Virus record (IMG/VR): IMGVR_UViG_3300025411_000009
DNA length: 62,896 bases
Strand: one strand, 5' to 3'
Source: an uncultured virus (IMG/VR IMGVR_UViG_3300025411_000009)
Taxonomy: Duplodnaviria; Heunggongvirae; Uroviricota; Caudoviricetes
Shown here: piece by piece, positions 17,138 through 24,597 of the stretch
Numbering within the stretch: position 1 is the stretch's first letter
How the letters are laid out: every line of letters starts with the position of its first letter
Made by a program: the position numbers and the translations under genes
The notes under the pieces: model-generated
What the model saw: the letters and a program-made list of their open reading frames with translations, nothing else
What the model was told of the DNA's origin: nothing
The model's database searches: none

Positions 17138-19133
17138 GAAATATCTATTATCACCATGGACAGCATTACTAACCTTAGCGTTAGTGATTGCTGTTTCCAA
17201 TTCTAACTTTATCGAATCAATCCGATTACGATATTTTGACACTCTCATTTCAGGCAAAACTCAAACCGTTAATAATATCTATACGGTTAATATTGATGAA
17301 AACACTTTAGACCGTTATGGTCAATGGCCATTTAAACGTGACCAATATGCCAATTTAATTGCTCAGTTGTATGCTCATAATGCCGGTTTAGTTGTATGGA
17401 ATATAATGATGCCTGAAGCCGACCGATTAGGTGGTGACAAAGCATTAGAAGATACAATCAAAGACCATCCTGTAATTTTAGTAAACTCTCCTTCACAATC
17501 AAATAAAAATACAGCAAAGAAACCTGGTTCTGTTATTATTGGTTCAGAAAACATCAATACTATTTTAAATTATCCAGGTATTATTGCTAACATTCCGTCA
17601 TTAGAATCTTCGGCTGCTGGAGTTGGAATAACAAACACATTACCTGAAATAGACGGTGTTAATCGTAGAATACCTTTGTTCGTTGGATATAATGGTAATA
17701 TTTACCCAAGTGTATCTTTAGAAGTGTTAAGGGTTATGTCTGGTGACTCAACATTTCAAGTCAAACTTAATGAGAACGGAGTTGAGAAGATGCGAATACC
17801 AAGTTTTAGACCAATTGCAACAGACTCACTTGGTCGTATATGGGTTGATTGGTCACAAAAATCAAATTCTGTTTCAGCAGTAAATCTACCAAAAAACTTT
17901 AACAAAGGAATAGTTATTGTTGGAGTAACTGCTTCAGGATTAGGCAATCCTTTACCTACAAGTATAGGTTCAGTATGGCCTCAAGATGTGCAGGCTGCTG
18001 TAATCGGCACCTTAGCTAATAATGTCAATATAGAACGACCTGATTGGGCTACTGGTGCCGAACTTTTATTCACAATTATGATGTCTATATTATTAATTTT
18101 ATTATCGAGGTGGAAATATGCTATTATCTTTATTGTTACTATTATTGTTTCTTTATATTATGGTTCTCATTATACCTTTAATCATTACAATTATTTGGTG
18201 GACTGTATCTTTCCTATTCTTACTCTTTGTCTTGTTTATGCTCATGCGTATACTGTTAAATTTATAAGTGAGTTAAATCAAAAATTACAAATCAAAAAAC
18301 AATTTGGAACGTACCTATCACCAGCACTTGTTGAAAAATTACAAAAGAATCCAGAATTATTAAAACTCGGTGGTGAAACAAAAGATTTAACTATTATGTT
18401 TACTGATGTTCGTGGATTCACCACAATATCAGAACACTATGGTAAAGACGTTCAAGGTTTAACTTCTATCATGAACCGATATATGACTGCTATGACACAA
18501 AAGATTTTAGATAATAATGGAACGCTAGATAAGTATATTGGTGATGCTCAGATGGCTTTTTGGAATGCACCTCTTGATGATAAAGACCATGCCATCAATG
18601 CCGTAAAAACAGCTTTAGAAATGTTAGGAGATTTAGATGAATTTAATAAAGAAATTGAAAAAGAAGGCATACCGCCGTTCGGAATGGGGATTGGGCTCAA
18701 TACTGGTAGTGTTGTTGTTGGTAATATGGGTAGCCGCTATCGTTTTGATTACACTTGCCTCGGAGATGCAGTCAACCTATCAAGTAGACTTGAAGGACAA
18801 TCTAAACCCTATGGCGTTAAGATTATTCTTGGTCCATTAACTGCTGAATTAGTTAAAGATAATTATAGCGTTGTTGAATTAGACAACATAGCAGTTAAAG
18901 GTAAAACAGAAGGTGTCAAAATTTATACAGTAGGCAAAACTATTGCTTACATGCACAATGAATATCTAAAAGAATATTATCGTGGTAATTGGGATAAAGC
19001 AATTGATTGGGCTAGAAAAATGTTAAACAATGATGATGTTACCATAAAAGAATACTATTCTAAAATGATAGAAAGAATGGAAGAAGGATTACCTGCAAAT
19101 TGGGACGGCACTTATCGTGCCACCTCAAAATAA
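17076..19133 (+). CDS. CHASE2-domain class III adenylate cyclase (start uncertain)
   Basis: CHASE2 motifs (VNIDE..L..YGQWP..R, PEIDGVNR), three TM helices, catalytic domain FTDVRGFT / DKYIGDAQM / DYTCLGDAVNLSSRLE, VKGK. Confidence 0.93.
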   Translation: MMKLPIDGWLQQHKLYYHLFKKYLLSPWTALLTLALVIAVSNSNFIESIRLRYFDTLISGKTQTVNNIYTVNIDENTLDRYGQWPFKRDQYANLIAQLYAHNAGLVVWNIMMPEADRLGGDKALEDTIKDHPVILVNSPSQSNKNTAKKPGSVIIGSENINTILNYPGIIANIPSLESSAAGVGITNTLPEIDGVNRRIPLFVGYNGNIYPSVSLEVLRVMSGDSTFQVKLNENGVEKMRIPSFRPIATDSLGRIWVDWSQKSNSVSAVNLPKNFNKGIVIVGVTASGLGNPLPTSIGSVWPQDVQAAVIGTLANNVNIERPDWATGAELLFTIMMSILLILLSRWKYAIIFIVTIIVSLYYGSHYTFNHYNYLVDCIFPILTLCLVYAHAYTVKFISELNQKLQIKKQFGTYLSPALVEKLQKNPELLKLGGETKDLTIMFTDVRGFTTISEHYGKDVQGLTSIMNRYMTAMTQKILDNNGTLDKYIGDAQMAFWNAPLDDKDHAINAVKTALEMLGDLDEFNKEIEKEGIPPFGMGIGLNTGSVVVGNMGSRYRFDYTCLGDAVNLSSRLEGQSKPYGVKIILGPLTAELVKDNYSVVELDNIAVKGKTEGVKIYTVGKTIAYMHNEYLKEYYRGNWDKAIDWARKMLNNDDVTIKEYYSKMIERMEEGLPANWDGTYRATSK

Positions 19134-19430
19134 TTATTCTGTTGTAGGAATAAATCTTTCTGTTTCAAATGTTGATGAATCATCAGGCACTGCTGGATTG
19201 TGCCATTTAATTGTGATTTGTTTTCCGTCTTTTGATGGATTCCAACAACCTTGAAGAACCTGTCCGTCAGACCTCTGAGCAGCCGCTCTCTTACCATCTA
19301 ATTCTTTAAATAAACAAGTATCTTTTGATAAAACAATCCTAACATGAGGATTATAATACATCACCAAATATTCTTCTGACATTGCTACTGTTGATAATAT
19401 TAAAAGTAAAACAATCAAAAGGTATTTCAT
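19134..19430 (-). CDS. Small secreted protein
   Basis: Signal peptide; two Cys; AAGGA RBS. Confidence 0.6.
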   Translation of the reverse strand: MKYLLIVLLLILSTVAMSEEYLVMYYNPHVRIVLSKDTCLFKELDGKRAAAQRSDGQVLQGCWNPSKDGKQITIKWHNPAVPDDSSTFETERFIPTTE

Positions 19431-19451
19431 GATGATGTCCTTTTTGGAAAT

Positions 19452-19483
19452 AAAAAAACGAGAGTTTTTAGGCTCTCGTTTTA
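19452..19483 (-). terminator. Rho-independent terminator downstream of pqqA
   Basis: AACGAGAG-loop-CTCTCGTT followed by a U-run. Confidence 0.75.
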
Positions 19484-19504
19484 TTTAGTAAACTGAATCG
19501 TTAA

Positions 19505-19576
19505 TTACTTGTTCATTACATACATAGTAACTTCGAAGCCAAAACGCATTTCAGTTGCAGCTGGTGATGTCCACAT
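19505..19576 (-). CDS. pqqA: Pyrroloquinoline quinone precursor peptide PqqA (23 aa; not in the ORF track)
   Basis: Hand translation MWTSPAATEMRFGFEVTMYVMNK; W-x-x-P leader and E-x-x-x-Y core; AAGGAG RBS. Confidence 0.95.
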   Translation of the reverse strand: MWTSPAATEMRFGFEVTMYVMNK

Positions 19577-19625
19577 GGTATATCTCCTTTAAAGGTTATG
19601 TTAGAATTTCTACTCTAACACCATT

Positions 19626-19654
19626 ATTATATAAGGAATGTAACGAAAAGTAAA
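19626..19654 (-). promoter_or_regulatory. sigma70-type promoter for pqqA
   Basis: TTTACT-17 nt-TATAAT; 5'-UTR hairpin TGTTAGA/TCTAACA at 19599..19620. Confidence 0.6.
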
Positions 19655-19675
19655 GGATTTATTACTTAAATGTTA

Positions 19676-19918
19676 CTAGTGATTTTCATTAATTGATACT
19701 TGATTTTTCTTTACTTTAAAACCTTGTTTCTTTACTGCCAAAATATTTCTTCGTTCCAATTCTCTTTGAAATTTTGCTTTGATTTTTTTGACTTGAGTTT
19801 TTTCTATTAAGTCTGTTAATTGTTTTAGATTTAGTGGACCTAATCTAGGTTTGCCCGTTTTATGTTTCATTGGGTCTGCTTTACGTTTGCCCGGATGGAC
19901 TCTCGCTGCTGTTGCCAT
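19676..19918 (-). CDS. Small basic hypothetical protein
   Basis: GAGGAG RBS; Lys/Arg-rich. Confidence 0.55.
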   Translation of the reverse strand: MATAARVHPGKRKADPMKHKTGKPRLGPLNLKQLTDLIEKTQVKKIKAKFQRELERRNILAVKKQGFKVKKNQVSINENH

Positions 19919-20084
19919 TTTCTATCTCCTCATAATGTGAACCGTCATTACCGTTTTGGCCTATAATATCCATACGACTTTCTTTTTTCTTTTTACCCCA
20001 AATCAAATCCCAATTATCAGTATATTCTTTTGAATTTACTTTAGTTGAGATTGAATCGCCGGTGATATCGTTTTTAGCTGCCAT
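19881..20084 (-). CDS. Small hypothetical phage protein
   Basis: Likely start MAAKNDITGD at 20084, 6 nt after the CCA end of the tRNA-like RNA. Confidence 0.5.
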   Translation of the reverse strand: MAAKNDITGDSISTKVNSKEYTDNWDLIWGKKKKESRMDIIGQNGNDGSHYEEIENGNSSESPSGQT

Positions 20085-20090
20085 CGAATT

Positions 20091-20158
20091 TGGAGCGGTG
20101 TCTTTGACTTGCACAAAGCAACATAACGGGAAGAAATGCTTGTTCTACAACCCACCGC
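20091..20158 (-). ncRNA. Non-canonical tRNA-Gly-like RNA (68 nt)
   Basis: GCGGTG/CACCGC acceptor stem, U73 and CCA; T-arm CTTTG-TGCAAGT-CAAAG; mini D-arm GTT-GTAG-AAC; AGCAT/ATGTT stem around a TTCTTCCCGTT loop. Confidence 0.7.
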
Positions 20159-20185
20159 ATAATCATTTAATCTTTCAGTTTTATT

Positions 20186-20214
20186 ATTATCTCATAACTC
20201 ACACATAATGTCAA
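20186..20214 (-). promoter_or_regulatory. sigma70 promoter upstream of the tRNA-like RNA
   Basis: TTGACA-17 nt-GATAAT with an extended -10 TG. Confidence 0.75.
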
Positions 20215-20221
20215 GCATAAG

Positions 20222-20752
20222 TTATTTGTTTACCAAATTTTTCCAACCTAATGGTTTATCTGTGATTGGAGCAGATGGATCATTCACTTTATCGAATATA
20301 TTCCATAACTGTTCTTTTACTACAAATTTGGCAAGCAAACCTATTTCTTTTCCATGTGCTTCTATTTCCCATGGATGACTATAATAGTCTAGTTTATCTG
20401 GATCAATCTTTTTACCACACCATCTAGTTATGTCTTTTTCTACATCAGTTAATAGCCCTGTAGCATACTGATGAACATGAACCATTTCATGTGCTAATGT
20501 AGACAATATGTCTTTAGCACTAATACCAGGATGAACCTCTATAAGAAACTCTCTAGGTTTACCTAAAGTATTGTATCCTTCAATGGATGCATATCCAAAC
20601 GCATCTATTTTAGAGTCAAACTTAATATCAACATAGATGTTGTTATATAGTCTTTTATTTTTAATAAGCTCTTGTCCATAGAATTCCACAGCCCTTTTAA
20701 CATATGGTCTGAAATTCTTACTGTCTGGACATTTGGATATTCTGATTTGCAT
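20222..20752 (-). CDS. Zincin-like metallopeptidase
   Basis: LAHEMVHVHQ (HExxH) and downstream PWEIEA. Confidence 0.75.
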   Translation of the reverse strand: MQIRISKCPDSKNFRPYVKRAVEFYGQELIKNKRLYNNIYVDIKFDSKIDAFGYASIEGYNTLGKPREFLIEVHPGISAKDILSTLAHEMVHVHQYATGLLTDVEKDITRWCGKKIDPDKLDYYSHPWEIEAHGKEIGLLAKFVVKEQLWNIFDKVNDPSAPITDKPLGWKNLVNK

Positions 20753-20808
20753 TTAGATTTCCAACTAATAGCATAATCTTTAGGTATCCCACACAGCATT
20801 ATTTAGGT

Positions 20809-21165
20809 CTACGCTGTTCTGTAAAGATATCTAGAGGTTATTCTCAATGGTTTAAAAGAATCGTTTAGGAACTGAACCACGACATCTCCATCGAATTCCT
20901 TACATGAAAACACATCTAAATACAAGTCACCATTAATATCACAGAAATGAGCAGTAATATTAGAGGTATGAATTAGTTGTAATACTGTCCAACCTGCTAA
21001 ATCAGTATTATCAGCAAAATGAACCACTTGGGGTTCTCCATAAGGTTTCATATCTATTCGTTTAACTAATTCTTTAGTAAAATCACGAATATAATCTGGA
21101 TTAGTTGCTTTTTCAATATCACAACCTCTTACATCCAAAATTAAGTGATAACCCCAAGAGTCCAT
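20809..21165 (-). CDS. speD: Pyruvoyl-dependent S-adenosylmethionine decarboxylase (SpeD)-like proenzyme
   Basis: GYHLILD..GC, LIHTSNITAHF (autocleavage Ser), LYLDVFSC. Confidence 0.8.
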   Translation of the reverse strand: MDSWGYHLILDVRGCDIEKATNPDYIRDFTKELVKRIDMKPYGEPQVVHFADNTDLAGWTVLQLIHTSNITAHFCDINGDLYLDVFSCKEFDGDVVVQFLNDSFKPLRITSRYLYRTA

Positions 21166-21191
21166 TTTTTACCTTCTTTCTTTTAGTTAAT

Positions 21192-21265
21192 TGGCTACCC
21201 TGCACAGATTTGAACTGCGACCGAGAGATTTGGAGGCTCTTATGCTACCGTTACACTACAGGGTA
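21192..21265 (-). tRNA. tRNA-Trp (CCA)
   Basis: Cloverleaf with TACCCTG/CAGGGTA acceptor, CT-CCA-AA loop, GTTCAAATC T-loop, G73 and encoded CCA. Confidence 0.93.
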
Positions 21266-21270
21266 AAAAC

Positions 21271-21684
21271 TTATTTAATAGTAATTGTTCTTGGTTTTTT
21301 AGAATCTGGTATTACGTTCTCTAAACCAATAGATAATATACCATTATTAAACTCTGCATCACCAACAACAACTGTATCTGATAATGTAAAGTTTAGTGTA
21401 AAGTTTCTATTAGCAATTCCCTTGTGTAAGTAGGTTGAAGTGTCTTCATTGATAGTTTCACCTATTACGGTAAGTTTGTCACCTTCTACACGGATTTCGA
21501 CTTCATCTTTATTGAAGCCTGCAATCGCAACATCTATACTATAGTTTGTTTCGTCAATTTTTTTGATATTGTAGGGTGGGTATGAAGTAGTCTTTAAATC
21601 CACCATTTCATCAAGTGTTGAAAATAAATGGTCAAATCCTACTGTTTGAGGCAATAAATGCCGATAGCCTTGTAAAGCTGTCAT
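21271..21684 (-). CDS. Small heat-shock protein Hsp20 (IbpA-like)
   Basis: YPPYNI, AIAGF, YLHKGIANRNF, NGILSI; AGGAG RBS before ATG 21684. Confidence 0.95.
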   Translation of the reverse strand: MTALQGYRHLLPQTVGFDHLFSTLDEMVDLKTTSYPPYNIKKIDETNYSIDVAIAGFNKDEVEIRVEGDKLTVIGETINEDTSTYLHKGIANRNFTLNFTLSDTVVVGDAEFNNGILSIGLENVIPDSKKPRTITIK

Positions 21685-21692
21685 GTTAAAAT

Positions 21693-21707
21693 CTCCTATT
21701 AAGCGAG
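21693..21707 (-). promoter_or_regulatory. ROSE-like RNA thermometer sequestering the hsp20 SD
   Basis: CUCGCU-UAAU-AGGAG: the U(U/C)GCU anti-SD with a bulged G pairs with the SD. Confidence 0.55.
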
Positions 21708-21745
21708 TTAAAAAAATGTAAGACCCCGAAGGCACCTTACACTTA

Positions 21746-21776
21746 TATTTATATCACACCTCAATTACAATGTCAA
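21746..21776 (-). promoter_or_regulatory. Composite sigma70/late promoter for hsp20
   Basis: TTGACA-17 nt-TATAAA; the -10 is part of TATAAATA. Confidence 0.7.
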
Positions 21777-22180
21777 TAGCTTTGTGCTTTTTTACCAATG
21801 TTATATTTTGGTACTAAATTCCACTCATCTCTTTCTTTATGTGAGATGATTTTTACTTGAGATAAAAAGATTGGTTCTGGTGTTTCAATAGATTTTTTAT
21901 CTACAATTTTTACTAATTCCCAATCTTGTAATAGTTTAGCAATAGCATTTCTACGAGATAAATCATTCTCTGTGATATCTGTAGGTTTACCGTCTAATGC
22001 AAATAATTCTTTAAAGTGAACAATATAGTATCTGCCTTGTTTATGTAATATATGGCACGATTGATACAATGTTCTATCTTTCTTTGAAGCAACACCAATG
22101 CGAGTTAAGGTTTCACGAACCTTTAAGAAGTCGTCTTTTTCTGCTAGTGTAACTTCAACTAAACTTGTAATTGAAATCAT
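21773..22180 (-). CDS. regA: Translational repressor RegA
   Basis: DFLKVRETLTRIGVAS, LYQSCHILHKQG.YYIVHFKE. Confidence 0.97.
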   Translation of the reverse strand: MISITSLVEVTLAEKDDFLKVRETLTRIGVASKKDRTLYQSCHILHKQGRYYIVHFKELFALDGKPTDITENDLSRRNAIAKLLQDWELVKIVDKKSIETPEPIFLSQVKIISHKERDEWNLVPKYNIGKKAQSY

Positions 22181-22569
22181 TATTTGTTTATCCCGCCTTT
22201 ATCGGTTTTTATTTTTATTTCAGCGATTTGTTCGTCAGTCAAAATTCTTAATGCTTCTTTGGCCTTCTCATTGGAGTAACCAAAATATCGCCTGATTGAA
22301 TCTATGTCTTTTATGACCTCTGATTTCTGCCACGGTTGAAATTTCCGTTTCATAGGTCTTATATTATTTAGATAATATTGGTATTGCATATCATTATCTA
22401 AGCTAGGATTCTTATTTATCTCATTAGCGTGGAGAACACAATCCATGTGATAGGACAACGCTCGGTTGACAATAAAAGCATCGTATTTTTTTACATCCAC
22501 ATCATCATGTAAGACTGACTTTTTTGTCTGTAATATTGACGGAATAACTTCTTTAAATAAGTCTGCCAT
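22180..22569 (-). CDS. 62: Clamp loader small subunit gp62
   Basis: FIVNRALS..D, YFGYSNEKA; between regA and 44. Confidence 0.9.
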   Translation of the reverse strand: MADLFKEVIPSILQTKKSVLHDDVDVKKYDAFIVNRALSYHMDCVLHANEINKNPSLDNDMQYQYYLNNIRPMKRKFQPWQKSEVIKDIDSIRRYFGYSNEKAKEALRILTDEQIAEIKIKTDKGGINK

Positions 22570-23498
22570 TATTTAAATTCACAATCTACCATAATTTCTG
22601 TTAAACAAGCAATAGTATTGATTTCTTGGTCAGCAACAAAAGCAGATTGATATTGATACCTAGCAAGAATGATTACCAACTGTGCAATACCATTTGGTTT
22701 TAGTGATTCAAATAATGCATCATATAACTTACGGAACAGTTTAGCTGGGTCATTGTCTAGATTGTTTGTAACCCATTTACGACAAGCAGAAAAGTCTTTA
22801 TCTTTAAGTGATTTGACTAGGGCTTCAATTTGAATATCAGATACGTTTGATAGAATGCCTTTATCAATAGTGCCTGTTACAGAATATCTTTGAAGTTCAT
22901 TTAATATTCTACGATTGTCTGGAAAGTGTTTTGTGATAATTGAAGCAACAACTTCTTTATCATATGTGATATTTTCTTGTTCGAGAATCCATTCAACTCT
23001 CTTAAAGAAAGATGCTGCCATTTTAGCTTTAGAGCCGTTGATTTTGAAATCGATAACTGAACATCTTGAATGAATAGCATCAATAATTCTGTTTTTGAAA
23101 TTACAAGTAAAGATGAATGAGCAATTGATAGATACTGCCTCCATCATGCCTCTTAATGCCTTTTGTGCATCTGGTGTAATATTATCTGCTTCGTCTAGGA
23201 TGATAACTTTTCTACCACCAGATAGACTGATTGAAGTAGCATAGTTCTTGACTGTGGTTTGCATCGTTGCGATACCTCTGTCATCTGAACCATTGATAAC
23301 TAGATAATCACAACCAACTTCTTCACACAATGCTTTAGCAATAGTAGTTTTGCCTACGCCTGCTGAACCAGATAGTAATAGATTTGGTATTTCTTTACGA
23401 TTTACAAACTCTTGGAATGTAGTTTTGATTGTATCAGGTAAAATACAATCTTCTACTTTTTTAGGACGATACTTCTCTACCCATAATAATTCTTGCAT
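22569..23498 (-). CDS. 44: Clamp loader large subunit gp44
   Basis: WVEKYRP, GSAGVGKT, DEAD, SRC. Confidence 0.97.
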   Translation of the reverse strand: MQELLWVEKYRPKKVEDCILPDTIKTTFQEFVNRKEIPNLLLSGSAGVGKTTIAKALCEEVGCDYLVINGSDDRGIATMQTTVKNYATSISLSGGRKVIILDEADNITPDAQKALRGMMEAVSINCSFIFTCNFKNRIIDAIHSRCSVIDFKINGSKAKMAASFFKRVEWILEQENITYDKEVVASIITKHFPDNRRILNELQRYSVTGTIDKGILSNVSDIQIEALVKSLKDKDFSACRKWVTNNLDNDPAKLFRKLYDALFESLKPNGIAQLVIILARYQYQSAFVADQEINTIACLTEIMVDCEFK

Positions 23499-23518
23499 TC
23501 AAAACTCCCATAATAAAA

Positions 23519-24130
23519 TTAAATCTCAAAAATACAATTAATGACAATACGAGTATCATTAACTTTAGGACAACTAGCAGAATGTATCTGATTAGAATCA
23601 AATATAACTGCTCGACCTTTTACAGGCAAAATCTTTTGTTGAACGGTTAATTCACCAACAGACTCTCCAGTAAAGTATTCATTATATAGTGTAGTATCAC
23701 CATCTGAATTATTTACATAATATAATAGTGAATATTTACCAATAGCATCAACAACGCCATCTTTTAAATTCATTCCATCAACATGAGGTGGTTGTATCCA
23801 TGGACCAACTTGATTACTTACCAACAAATTAGATTTGATTCTTTTTGTATATTTGACTCTTGCTTTCATTGTATTTTCAAATTCAGCAACTAATACGCCA
23901 ATATATTTTAAAAAATCACTTTTTAATTCATTCTCTTTGACGAAAGTGTGTCTAAACTGGATATGGTCTTTAGTTGGAATATTTACATGAAAATACTTAT
24001 CAGCTGGCTCGTCACCGTAACCAGCTGAATCGTCATTTAATGTCCAGCCAAATTCTGAACCAGTTAATAGATAAAGAATAGAATCCTGATATACTTCAGG
24101 AATAAAATTGTCTATTATAATTGGTTGCAT
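23519..24130 (-). CDS. 2OG-Fe(II) oxygenase
   Basis: IIIDNF, PHVD, YYVN.SDGDT, H.ASCP...R facial triad and 2OG-binding Arg. Confidence 0.8.
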   Translation of the reverse strand: MQPIIIDNFIPEVYQDSILYLLTGSEFGWTLNDDSAGYGDEPADKYFHVNIPTKDHIQFRHTFVKENELKSDFLKYIGVLVAEFENTMKARVKYTKRIKSNLLVSNQVGPWIQPPHVDGMNLKDGVVDAIGKYSLLYYVNNSDGDTTLYNEYFTGESVGELTVQQKILPVKGRAVIFDSNQIHSASCPKVNDTRIVINCIFEI

Positions 24131-24405
24131 TATTTAACTTCTGAAATGCCTTCAAATAATGCTTCAAACTCTTTTGACTCTGCAACTTCGGTTTGAAAGG
24201 ATTGTTTATACTGCACTTTAGCCATTTTCTTAATAATCTTTTTAGGAACTTTTAAGAGGTCATGTGTAGAATCCACAATATCTTTCATATCACCTTTAAG
24301 TGTGTCGGCCTTGTGCATGACAAGAACCATTTCATCAACAGCACCTTTAAGTGTCTTTAATTGCTCATCATTAAAGGTGCCAAATAGTGTTTGAATTGTA
24401 GCCAT
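24130..24405 (-). CDS. DsbA/GapR-like dsDNA-binding protein (putative)
   Basis: Size and helical pattern (IIKKMAKVQYKQSF..E...FEALFE) resemble T4 DsbA. Confidence 0.5.
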   Translation of the reverse strand: MATIQTLFGTFNDEQLKTLKGAVDEMVLVMHKADTLKGDMKDIVDSTHDLLKVPKKIIKKMAKVQYKQSFQTEVAESKEFEALFEGISEVK

Positions 24406-24596
24406 TATTTAATTTCTGCTTGAATAGCGCCAACAACATCAAGATATGGTTCAGCAACTGCAACATTACCGTTCAACATATTGATAAGTGTGCGTTCTTC
24501 TTTATCTTCAGGTTTTGCTGTAAATACTAATACAACATGCGCTGGGTTAATTGAGATTGGTTTGCCTGAATCGGCTTCTGTAAATGATAATAACAT
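24405..24596 (-). CDS. Hypothetical protein
   Basis: 63-aa ORF with AGGAG RBS. Confidence 0.55.
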   Translation of the reverse strand: MLLSFTEADSGKPISINPAHVVLVFTAKPEDKEERTLINMLNGNVAVAEPYLDVVGAIQAEIK

Positions 24597-24597
24597 A

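Noticed and set aside
21191..21433. Plus-strand 80-aa ORF
   Set aside because: Antisense to tRNA-Trp and hsp20
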